A stretch of DNA of 64,000 nucleotides from positions 480,001-544,000 of the forward strand of contig CAVOGR010000001.1 of assembly GCA_963695555.1 (NCBI GenBank), in the 5' to 3' direction. Shown piece by piece: positions 1-8,212 of this stretch. Each line of letters begins with the position of its first letter. Positions within the stretch are counted from its first letter, which is position 1. The position numbers and the translations under genes are program-made. The notes beneath the pieces were generated by a model. That model did not search any database, was not told the origin of the DNA, and saw only the letters and a list, made by a program, of their open reading frames with translations. Source of the DNA: an uncultured Gemmatimonadales bacterium (GTDB taxonomy: Bacteria > Gemmatimonadota > Gemmatimonadetes > Gemmatimonadales > GWC2-71-9).

Positions 1-201
1 GCCCACGTCGGCGCCGGCGGAGAAGTGCTTGCCCGCGCCTGCCAGCACCACGACTCGGAGATCAGATTGGGCTGCCAGCGACGCGACCGCATCCCGGATT
101 TTCGTCAACACGTCGCGGGTGAGGATGTTGAGCGGAGGATGGTTGACCGTGATGCGGCCAATGCCGTCGGTCGCGGTTCCTTCAACCAGCGTGCCCGTCA
201 T
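1..201 (-). CDS. Enoyl-CoA hydratase/crotonase family protein, Dch-like (cyclohexa-1,5-diene-1-carbonyl-CoA hydratase); 5' part only, runs off the window edge
   Basis: Not in the ORF track. ATG at 201-199 overlaps the SDR stop (ATGA). Manual translation MTGTLVEGTATDGIGRITVNHPPLNILTRDVLTKIRDAVASLAAQSDLRVVVLAGAGKHFSAGADVG has the crotonase N-terminus and FSAGAD oxyanion motif. Confidence 0.8.
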   Translation of the reverse strand, partial: MTGTLVEGTATDGIGRITVNHPPLNILTRDVLTKIRDAVASLAAQSDLRVVVLAGAGKHFSAGADVG

Positions 202-911
202 GCGGTATCCCCCAGGAGTTGGCCGCCGTCGATCGGCAGCACGGCGCCGGTCATGAAGCCCGCCTCGTCGCTACACAGGAATCGCGCGGCCGCGGCGATA
301 TCATCGGGCGAGCCGAGCCGTCCGAGCGGGGTGCGGGACACGGCACGGGCCACGACCTCGGCGGGAAGGGATTGCGTCATCGGTGTGTCGATGAAGCCCG
401 GTGCGATCACATTGACCGTGACCCCGTTGCGCGCCAGCTCGAGGGCGAGGGAGCGCGCCAGCCCGATCAGCCCCGCCTTGGATGCGGCGTAGTTGGCCTG
501 CCCGAACCGGCCCCGGATGCCGTTGATGGAACTGATGAAGACCAGCCGCCCGCGCGGCGAACGGCGGAGCAGGGGAGCGGCGGCACGGGCCGTGTTGAAC
601 GTGCCGGTCAGATTGACGGCGATGACCTGTGCCCAGTCCTCGTCAGACATCTTCCAGCTGACCCGGTCGCGAATGACGCCGGCCGCGCAGACCACCCAGT
701 CCAGTCCGCCGCGCTCGCCCTCGATCTGCTCGATCGCTCCGGCAACCGCCGTCGGGTCGGTCACGTCCACGGTGAGTTCGCGGGCGGCCGGGCCACCAGG
801 TTCGGGAAACGCCTTGTCCAGGGCCGCCACCCAGGCGTCCCGGGCGAGGGCGCGCACCACGGCCGCCCCTATGCCGCGGCCCGCGCCGGTTACGAGAGCC
901 GTCGGCCGCAT
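198..911 (-). CDS. Short-chain dehydrogenase/reductase, FabG/PhaB-like 3-oxoacyl-CoA(ACP) reductase
   Basis: TGAGRGIG Rossmann motif, YAASK catalytic motif, VIAPGFIDT, C-terminal IDGG. Start placed at MRPTALV (911). Confidence 0.9.
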   Translation of the reverse strand: MRPTALVTGAGRGIGAAVVRALARDAWVAALDKAFPEPGGPAARELTVDVTDPTAVAGAIEQIEGERGGLDWVVCAAGVIRDRVSWKMSDEDWAQVIAVNLTGTFNTARAAAPLLRRSPRGRLVFISSINGIRGRFGQANYAASKAGLIGLARSLALELARNGVTVNVIAPGFIDTPMTQSLPAEVVARAVSRTPLGRLGSPDDIAAAARFLCSDEAGFMTGAVLPIDGGQLLGDTA

Positions 912-1954
912 ACGCCGCAGAAGGTGAGGTCGGCCGGCAGGTTGGTGGCGTTGCATCCGTCACAGGACCGAATCGGCGAACCCCAGGGTGTTTCGGACGA
1001 CCGGCCTTCGGCGGCCCGTTCCCGCAGGAGGTCGTAGCGGGCCCCGCGCTTCTCGACGAAGGCCTGCATTCCCTCGGCAGGTTCCCAGCAGGTGTAGTGG
1101 AGCGAGAGCCAGTCCTGCGCGTGCCGCACGGTGGAGTGCCAGGCCAGGTCCTTCCAGAAGTTGACCTGCTGCTTGGTGTAGCGGGTGCATTCCGGGAACG
1201 ATGCCAAGAGCTTCTTGGCGAGTTCGGCCACGAACTCGTCCAGCTTCGAGAGGTCGATCGAATACCCGTTCTCGCCTCGCTGCGCCTGCTTGATCTCTTG
1301 GGCGGTGGCCTCGTCGATCCAGGCGTCGTCGCGCTTCACCGACGGGACCACCCAATTGACCAGTCCCCAGTCGAGCGCCTTGAGTGCCGGAAGAGGCTCG
1401 TTGAGCATGAGGATTTCCCGGGCCCGCTTGTCGCCGACGACGATTGGGAGCCATTGGGTCGAGCCGCCGCAGGCCACCGAGCCGACGTGGGTGCCGACCT
1501 GCTTGATGAAGGTGTGCTGCGCCATCACGGTGAGGTCGCAGGCGAGCTGACTCTCGTTGCCGCCCCCGACGGCCATGCCGTTCAAGCGTGCCACCACCGG
1601 CTTCCCGGTATTGAGGATGCTTTCGATATAGGCGCGAAAGAGACCCATGTACTTCCAGTAGTCACGCGGTGTTGCCACGTACTTCTCGGCGTATTCCTTG
1701 ACATCGCCGCCGGTGCAGAACGCGCGGTCGCCGGCACCCGTGTACACGATTACGCCAACGCTGTCGTCGAAGCTCGCATCGCGAAACGCGGCGGCGAGCT
1801 CCTCGAGAGCGGGCGTGGAATACGCGTTGTAGTTTTTCGGCCGGTTGATGGTGATGGTGGCGACGCCGTCGCGCTTGGTGTAGAGAATCTCTTGGAAGGA
1901 GAAGGTGGCGGCGTCGCGGTTCGGGAAGTAGCGGTCTAGGGTTGCGGTCGGCAT
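890..1954 (-). CDS. Crotonase-family hydrolase, 6-oxocyclohex-1-ene-1-carbonyl-CoA hydrolase (Oah/BamA)-like, with C-terminal CxxC-x11-CxxC
   Basis: NRPKNYNAYST, AFCTGGDVKEYAEKY, DYWKYMGLF, RLNGMAVGGGNE and LLASFPECTRYTK follow the Oah/BamA pattern (AFCTGGNTKEYAEYY...EYRQYMRLF) as I recall it. Confidence 0.72.
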   Translation of the reverse strand: MPTATLDRYFPNRDAATFSFQEILYTKRDGVATITINRPKNYNAYSTPALEELAAAFRDASFDDSVGVIVYTGAGDRAFCTGGDVKEYAEKYVATPRDYWKYMGLFRAYIESILNTGKPVVARLNGMAVGGGNESQLACDLTVMAQHTFIKQVGTHVGSVACGGSTQWLPIVVGDKRAREILMLNEPLPALKALDWGLVNWVVPSVKRDDAWIDEATAQEIKQAQRGENGYSIDLSKLDEFVAELAKKLLASFPECTRYTKQQVNFWKDLAWHSTVRHAQDWLSLHYTCWEPAEGMQAFVEKRGARYDLLRERAAEGRSSETPWGSPIRSCDGCNATNLPADLTFCGVCGRRLS

Positions 1955-2562
1955 CTCAGTCCTCCGACGAGTTGATCGGCGAATCCACAGCCCAGTTCAG
2001 CGGTGCGGATGGGACCTTCGGGTTGGTACCAGCGGGCGATCCAGTTGATGGCGCCGAGGATCGCAAACACGGCGATCTTCGAGTTGACCGAGCGGAATTC
2101 GCCGTCGCGGATTCCATGCTCGATGATTTTCCGGAGCCCGCGTTCGTAGCGGTCGCGGGCGCGAATGATCTCCTGCTGTCGCTCGTCCGAGAGTGCGGTG
2201 ACCTCGAAAGCCAGGGGCGAGCCCTCCAGGGTTTCGGTCATCACCCGCACGTGCTCCTGAATGATGTAGCGCAACTGCTCGTCGGCTGTCGTGAACTGCT
2301 GGCGAGCGTCTTTGACGAACCGGTCCACCTCCGCGAGGGATTCGCGATGGCATTGGTAGAGAATCGCCTCTTTGTCGGGGAAGTAGTGGTACAGCGCCGT
2401 CTTCCGGATGTCGAGTCGCTCGGCGATATCATCGAGGGTGGTGGCGTAGTATCCCTTCTCGCGGAAGGCGCGCAGCGCTGCGTGGAGGATCTCCGCCTGC
2501 CGCCGCCGCCGCTTCTCGCGGATGCGGGGGGACACCATGGCTGAATGGCCGTGGCTAGCCAT
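1936..2562 (-). CDS. TetR/AcrR family transcriptional regulator (KstR2/PaaR-like C-terminal domain)
   Basis: N-terminal HTH ILHAALRAFREKGYYATTLDDIAERLDIRKTALYHYFPDKEAIL; C-terminal ILGAINWIARWY. Alternative start at 2538. Confidence 0.93.
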   Translation of the reverse strand: MASHGHSAMVSPRIREKRRRRQAEILHAALRAFREKGYYATTLDDIAERLDIRKTALYHYFPDKEAILYQCHRESLAEVDRFVKDARQQFTTADEQLRYIIQEHVRVMTETLEGSPLAFEVTALSDERQQEIIRARDRYERGLRKIIEHGIRDGEFRSVNSKIAVFAILGAINWIARWYQPEGPIRTAELGCGFADQLVGGLRCRPQP

Positions 2563-2586
2563 AGGGGAACTCCCGGATCGGGATTA

Positions 2587-2604
2587 TTTGACCAACAGTT
2601 CAAA
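2587..2604. promoter_or_regulatory. Imperfect palindrome, candidate TetR operator
   Basis: TTTGACCAACAGTTCAAA, an AT-rich dyad about 25 bp upstream of the TetR start. Confidence 0.55.
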
Positions 2605-2900
2605 ATTTGAAGCTCGGGTCGAAATCCTGCAAGCGACTGGCGAGGAGTTTCAGGCAAAGTTCATGAATCTTTCACGAAAGGCTGCCGGAGGCGGTTGTTT
2701 CGCGATCGTGATCATGCACCCCGGGCTCCGGCAACCGAACCCAGTCTTTCCGAACCGCTCCGTTCCCCGGTGCAGCCTTCTCGGGGCCTCTCCCCTCGGT
2801 TGCTTGCTCCCCGCTTGGCACCGCCGGTAACTTGGGTGCCCGCGGTAAGGCAAGCATCTTCGCGCCGCCTCATCCCGCACTTCAGGAGTCCGCTGATTTC

Positions 2901-3941
2901 ATGAAACACCGAGCGTCTCGAGGCATTGCTGCGTGGAAGCTCCTGCTGGTCCTGACGGCGGCCGCGGTCGCGATTGGGTTCCTGTCTTACGCCACAGGGA
3001 GAGGGACGGGCCAGGACCGGGTGCTGGCCGTGGTGGGAGGCAAGCGCATCACGGTGGGCGACATTGAGGGGGTGAATGCCGGTGCGTTCAGGCAGCTCGC
3101 GCGGCAGCGGCACGACCTTCTCGAACAGGGTCTCGAGGAGGCCATCGGCCGGATGCTCCTCGAGGTCGAAGCCGAGTCTCGAGGCATCACGACCGACGAA
3201 CTGTGGGCGAAGGAAGTGGAAGGCCGTGTCGTGGAGCCGTCTGATCACGTGGTGGATTCCTTCTACCAGGCCCGCCGGATCGGTGTTGCGAAGGACAGCA
3301 TTGCGCCTCGCATCCGCCAATTTCTGAAGGAAGAGCAACGGGCCGGTGCCGCCCGGGCATTGTTGGCCTCGCTCCGTGAGAAACATCCGGTCAAGGACTA
3401 TCTCGAGCCCGAGCGGGCCGAGGTCGAGGCGAGCGGCTTCCCTTCCAAGGGTCCGATGGACGCGCCGGTCACGATTGTGGAGTTTGCCGACTTCGAGTGC
3501 CCGTACTGCCGTCAGATCCTGCCCAGTCTGGCGCGGCTGGAGGAAACCTACGGGGACAAGGTGCGGTTAGTCTTTCGACAGTTCCCGTTGAACAGCATCC
3601 ATCGGCACGCCCAGAAGGCCGCCGAGGCGTCGCTCTGCGCCCACGAACAAGACCGGTTTTGGGCAATGCACGACGCGATGTTCGGGGAGCCGCCCGCCTT
3701 GGGACTCCAGGACCTGAAGGAGAAGGCGGCACGAGTGGCGATGGACGTCCAGCAGTTCGACGAGTGCCTCGATTCGGGGAAATACGCAGCCGAGGTCGCC
3801 GCTGATCTCGATGCGGCCCTTCGGCTTGGCCTCACCGGAACTCCTGCCTTCTTCATCAATGGCCGCTTCCTGAGCGGTGCGCAGCCGTACGAGACGATCG
3901 TGAACATCGTCGACGATGAACTCCGGCGGGCAGGCCTCTAA
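2901..3941 (+). CDS. DsbA/thioredoxin-domain protein with N-terminal membrane anchor and SurA-like helical region
   Basis: AGGAG upstream of ATG 2901; KGPMDAPVTIVEFADFECPYC (CxxC) and GLTGTPAFFING cis-Pro loop. Confidence 0.9.
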   Translation: MKHRASRGIAAWKLLLVLTAAAVAIGFLSYATGRGTGQDRVLAVVGGKRITVGDIEGVNAGAFRQLARQRHDLLEQGLEEAIGRMLLEVEAESRGITTDELWAKEVEGRVVEPSDHVVDSFYQARRIGVAKDSIAPRIRQFLKEEQRAGAARALLASLREKHPVKDYLEPERAEVEASGFPSKGPMDAPVTIVEFADFECPYCRQILPSLARLEETYGDKVRLVFRQFPLNSIHRHAQKAAEASLCAHEQDRFWAMHDAMFGEPPALGLQDLKEKAARVAMDVQQFDECLDSGKYAAEVAADLDAALRLGLTGTPAFFINGRFLSGAQPYETIVNIVDDELRRAGL

Positions 3942-4079
3942 CCGGCACTCGCAGCCCGCTGTCGGATGCCGCGTCCTCCGTTCTCCGCGACCCCGGAACC
4001 TTTTGTCAGGCTTCACCGTCATGTCGGCACATGGTGGAGGCCGTGCAGACACGTGAACTCATTCGAAGAGAGGGGTCAG

Positions 4080-5897
4080 ATGGCAGCGAAATTCGATCTC
4101 CGCTGGGCGACGGGTCTGGTCGTAGGCATCGTGGCACTGGCAGGCTCGGCGGAGTCCACCTGGGCCCAGGCTCCAGCTTCGATCTCCGATGTCCGCTACG
4201 CTGTGACCTTTGACTCGACTACCGCGGCGAGCCGAACCATCAAAGTGGAAATGTCGTTTCGCTCAGGTGCAGATAAACCAGTCCGCCTCTCCCTCCCTGC
4301 GTGGACGCCGGGTTCATACGAGCTCGACAACTTCGCCCGCAACGTCTCGAACTTCTCCGCCCGCACCGCCACTGGCCCCGTCAAGTGGGACATGACGGAC
4401 TACGACACCTGGCGGGTCTTTCCCGGTCGGGGACAGACCGTCACGGTGGGCTTCGACTACCGGGCCGACACGCTGGACACCGGCATGGCCTGGTCCGCCG
4501 CGGACTTTGCCTACTTCAACGGCACCAACCTCTTCCTCTACCCCGAGGATGCGTCGCTCGATTTCCCGGCCCGGGTCACCATCACCACCGCTCAGGGATG
4601 GCAGATTGCCACCGGCATGACCTCGATGGGTCCCGCCACGTTCACCGCCGGCAACTACCACGACCTAGTGGACATGCCGACCTTCGTGGGCCGGTTCGAC
4701 CTGGACAGCGCCCAAGTCGGCCGCGAGTGGTATCGGCTTGCCACGTATCCGGCGGGCGCTTTAGCGGGAGCGGCGCGGGACAGACTCTGGGACCAGATCC
4801 GGAGGATGGTGCCGCCAATGGCAGCGGTGTATGGCGAGGTGCCGTGGGACACCTATACCATCCAGATGGTCTTCGACGATGGCTTTCCCGGCGCGAGCGC
4901 GCTCGAGCACCAGAACTCACACCTGGGCATCTACGTCACCCAGGCCATCGGCAGCCCGTTCCTGCCGTCCATCGTGGCCCACGAGATGTATCACGCCTGG
5001 AACGTGAAGCGCCTGCGGCCCGCGGAGTTGGTACCCTACGACTACGGCCGGGCGCAACCGACGCCGCTCCTGTGGGTGAGCGAGGGCATAACCGATTACT
5101 ACGCCGATTTAGCACTGGTTCGCGGAGGGATCATCCCGAAGGACGGATTCTACCAGACTACCGCCGGCAAGGTCCGGTCGGAGGAGACCTCCCCGCCTGT
5201 CGCGCTCGAAGATGCCTCGCTCTCGACCTGGATCGAGCCGCGGGACGGCACCGCCTTCATCTACTACGACAAGGGATCGGCCGCGGGGTTTCTGCTGGAC
5301 ATCCTCATCCGTGATGCGTCGAACAATCGATCGTCCCTCGATGACGTCATGCGAGGCCTGTATCAGACCACCTACAAGGTCGGCGCCGGATTCACCACCG
5401 ATGAGTGGTGGCAGGTGGTCGGTCGCGCGGCCGGTGGTAAGTCGTTTACTGAATTCAACGCCCGGTACGTCGACGGCCGGGACCGGTTCCCGTGGGACGA
5501 CGTGCTACCGCTCGCGGGCCTCAGGCTCGTGGCCGACTCGCTCCGGGAGCCGTGGATCGGTGTATCGCTCGACCAGGACACCAACGGAATCCGCATCACC
5601 GCCACCATTCCCGGCGGGATGGCGGACGCTGCAGGCGTTCGGCCCGGAGATTACCTGGTGCGCGTTGGCGAAATCACCGTGGGGACACCCATCTCGCGGT
5701 TTCGGGAGCGGTACGCCCGTGAACCGGACGGCACCCCGATCGACATCGTGGTCCGGCGGGACGGGAAGGAACTCACCTTCAAGGGAGGCCTCCGGTTCAG
5801 GACCTCCGTCTCCTACGCGGTCCGGGAGGATTCCGCGGCGTCGCTCAAGGCGATCCGGATCCGAGACGGCATCCTTCAGGGCCGGGTCGATCGCTGA
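4080..5897 (+). CDS. M61 family glycyl aminopeptidase with C-terminal PDZ domain, secreted
   Basis: Signal peptide; LPAWTPGSY, ALEHQNS, AHEMYHAWNVKRLRP, LLWVSEGITDYY, YYDKG; PDZ segment ADAAGVRPGD. Confidence 0.92.
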   Translation: MAAKFDLRWATGLVVGIVALAGSAESTWAQAPASISDVRYAVTFDSTTAASRTIKVEMSFRSGADKPVRLSLPAWTPGSYELDNFARNVSNFSARTATGPVKWDMTDYDTWRVFPGRGQTVTVGFDYRADTLDTGMAWSAADFAYFNGTNLFLYPEDASLDFPARVTITTAQGWQIATGMTSMGPATFTAGNYHDLVDMPTFVGRFDLDSAQVGREWYRLATYPAGALAGAARDRLWDQIRRMVPPMAAVYGEVPWDTYTIQMVFDDGFPGASALEHQNSHLGIYVTQAIGSPFLPSIVAHEMYHAWNVKRLRPAELVPYDYGRAQPTPLLWVSEGITDYYADLALVRGGIIPKDGFYQTTAGKVRSEETSPPVALEDASLSTWIEPRDGTAFIYYDKGSAAGFLLDILIRDASNNRSSLDDVMRGLYQTTYKVGAGFTTDEWWQVVGRAAGGKSFTEFNARYVDGRDRFPWDDVLPLAGLRLVADSLREPWIGVSLDQDTNGIRITATIPGGMADAAGVRPGDYLVRVGEITVGTPISRFRERYAREPDGTPIDIVVRRDGKELTFKGGLRFRTSVSYAVREDSAASLKAIRIRDGILQGRVDR

Positions 5898-5980
5898 CGC
5901 GGCGCTGGTCCGGTCGGACAATCGCCCCGTGCCGGGGCAAAAGGCCTGACCCCTCGACCTGGGGATGCCGGTGAAATAGG

Positions 5981-6010
5981 GAAAACGCCGCGTCGAGCGG
6001 CGTTTTCGTT
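5981..6010 (+). terminator. Intrinsic terminator after the M61 peptidase
   Basis: GAAAACGCCGC-gtcga-GCGGCGTTTTC hairpin with T-rich tail. Confidence 0.7.
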
Positions 6011-6077
6011 GGCTGGCACAGTTCTCGCCGGAAAATCGTGGTTCAGTCTCGATCATCGATTTCCCGCGACCGCGTCC

Positions 6078-6980
6078 ATGCATCCACGACTCCACAGCGC
6101 TAGTCGATTCCAGGACCTTCTGGTCCGGCGGGCGGAGGACGACCCCTACGTCTTCGCCACCCTCTTTGATAACGACACCTGGCGCTCCCGCCGGCTCTCG
6201 GCCAAGAAACTGAAGCTCCTCAAAGAGATCGACGCGACCTTGCGCGTCATGCTCGAGCCCGGGGAGAAAGTGCACTTCGTCACGGTCGGCAACGGCGTGT
6301 CGTTCTGGGAATCGTACTTCCTCGGATGGGTGGCCTATGCCATCAACCGGCGGGCCATCATCCTGACGGACCAGCGGATTCTTCTACTCCAGATCGACCG
6401 GAAGCTCCGGCCGCATACCTTTCGGTCTCAGCTGCGGTACCTGGCCATTGATCGCCTCACGTGGCCGCGCCTCGGAGGGGTGAGGCTCAAGATGCGAAGC
6501 AAAGAGACGCGGCTGTATTCCTATATACCGCGGAAGGACCGCGGGCGGCTGCGAGAGTTCATCAAACGCAAGCAGATGGAGTTCCGAGGCTATCGCGCGG
6601 AGGCCATGGACCTCGAGAACTTGTGCCCTCATTGTCACCAGCCGGTGGAAGGGCACCCACGCCAATGCCCCGTCTGTCACGCCGGCTTCAAATCGCGGGT
6701 CAAGGCTACACTCCTGTCCTTCCTCTTTCCCGGGCTCGGAGATCTCTACCTGGGCCACAAGCTGTTCGGCGGCGTGGAAATCGCGGCCGCGGTCTTGGCA
6801 TGGCTCTGGTTCCTGCTCGTGGCTGTCAATGGAGCAATAGCACTAGAGGCAAAGATCGTGAGCGCCGCATCTCTGCTGCTCTTTATGCACGGCCTCGATG
6901 CCCTCGTGACCCGCCACGTCGCGAGCAAGGGGCTCTATCCCACCAAGGAAGTCCCCGCGCCGATGCAGGCGGCGGCTTGA
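6078..6980 (+). CDS. Hypothetical membrane protein: PH-like N-terminus, zinc ribbon, TM2-like C-terminal helices
   Basis: NRRAIILTDQRILLL; CPHC...CPVC; LLSFLFPGLGDLYLG followed by hydrophobic helices. Confidence 0.7.
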   Translation: MHPRLHSASRFQDLLVRRAEDDPYVFATLFDNDTWRSRRLSAKKLKLLKEIDATLRVMLEPGEKVHFVTVGNGVSFWESYFLGWVAYAINRRAIILTDQRILLLQIDRKLRPHTFRSQLRYLAIDRLTWPRLGGVRLKMRSKETRLYSYIPRKDRGRLREFIKRKQMEFRGYRAEAMDLENLCPHCHQPVEGHPRQCPVCHAGFKSRVKATLLSFLFPGLGDLYLGHKLFGGVEIAAAVLAWLWFLLVAVNGAIALEAKIVSAASLLLFMHGLDALVTRHVASKGLYPTKEVPAPMQAAA

Positions 6981-7022
6981 GTCCCTGCCTGCGCAGGATG
7001 CCTGGGTTTATAGAGGGGGGAC

Positions 7023-7811
7023 CTAGCTGGTCGGCGGACACCCGGGCATGGCGCATCGGTCTCTGAACCGCAGCGTATCCACAATCCGTAGGTGAGTGAC
7101 GGGTAAGTCGAACGCGGTACGACGGAATTCGAATACGCTATTCGCGCTCGACGACACTTCCTTGGCAAAGAACGCGAACGCTCCGGCGGCATGCCCAACC
7201 GAGCGGGAGACCTGACACTCCACATCCATAAGTGCAGGGGCTCGGCATGGCTGACTTGGTGTGTCCGACCGAAGCGTCGACACAGTAAACGTCGCAGTCG
7301 TACTGTTCTCCCAGATGCTGTTGGTGGGTGCGAAGTAGTAGAAGCCGTTGGCGAAGACATTCTCCCCCGATGCCAAGGCCGCCACCCGGTTCGAGGCGCC
7401 TACGGCGAGCAAGGACTCGACGGTCCCCCGATTCCGGTCGAGCCCCGACCAACCCAACACGTTGAGGCTCGACTCGACGAACCGTATGCCCTGAGGAGTG
7501 ATGACGTCCTGATCGATCAGGAAGGCTACCGCGGTGTATGCCGGGTCGGAGATCTCATCGGTGAAGCCGGTGGCCGAGTCGCCGCTCCGGGGGAGGGTTC
7601 CGACGGCAAGGACTTGCTGGATCGCCATGGCCGTGAGGCCGTCACCGCCCAGCACTGGGAATGCCGGGAAATTGACGCGCTCGGCCACGAGCACAAGGGT
7701 CGACCTGAGCGCACCATCGGCCTCGTTTGGGTCCAGTGAGCCTCCGCAGGCTGCCAGCCCGAGGACCCCTGCCACCAGGCACGCCGAGAGCCCTCTCGTC
7801 GGTCGGGTCAT
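7023..7811 (-). CDS. Hypothetical lipoprotein
   Basis: GGAG RBS, then MTRPTRGLSACLVAGVLGLAAC lipobox. No family recognised. Confidence 0.6.
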   Translation of the reverse strand: MTRPTRGLSACLVAGVLGLAACGGSLDPNEADGALRSTLVLVAERVNFPAFPVLGGDGLTAMAIQQVLAVGTLPRSGDSATGFTDEISDPAYTAVAFLIDQDVITPQGIRFVESSLNVLGWSGLDRNRGTVESLLAVGASNRVAALASGENVFANGFYYFAPTNSIWENSTTATFTVSTLRSDTPSQPCRAPALMDVECQVSRSVGHAAGAFAFFAKEVSSSANSVFEFRRTAFDLPVTHLRIVDTLRFRDRCAMPGCPPTS

Positions 7812-8212
7812 ACATCTCTCCACCGCGGGATATCCTGGGGACGACATACGGCCGCCGAAGATGCACGATTGCTGCGGCACGATCTCCGCCTGGCCTCGGG
7901 GTGCGGCGCGACTTCGCGTTTTACTCTTGCCGCTTCGTCGGGTGCTTGGTGAACGGAAGCGCCTACGACGTGGAGACCTACTGTAGGCTGCTCGCCGCGA
8001 CCAGAACACGATGTAGGGTACCACCTCTTGCCACCATGACTAGTGCCAGTGCCATTGCGGCCACCGGCTCGCTCGGCTTGAGGTCGATGGGCGCTGGGCG
8101 CGCAACCCGGACGGGTGTGGGGTGGAGGGGCTGCTCAGCTGACTCCGACTGGCGTTACCTTTCCAGCGACATATTGATCAAGCCACCCGTCCATGTAGCC
8201 CCACTCGAGCCC

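Noticed and set aside
7727..8212. N-terminal extension of the 1190-aa ORF, or a riboswitch in the 7812-8212 intergenic region
   Set aside because: The extension overlaps the divergent lipoprotein start and is low in information; no lysine or other riboswitch consensus was recognisable by eye.
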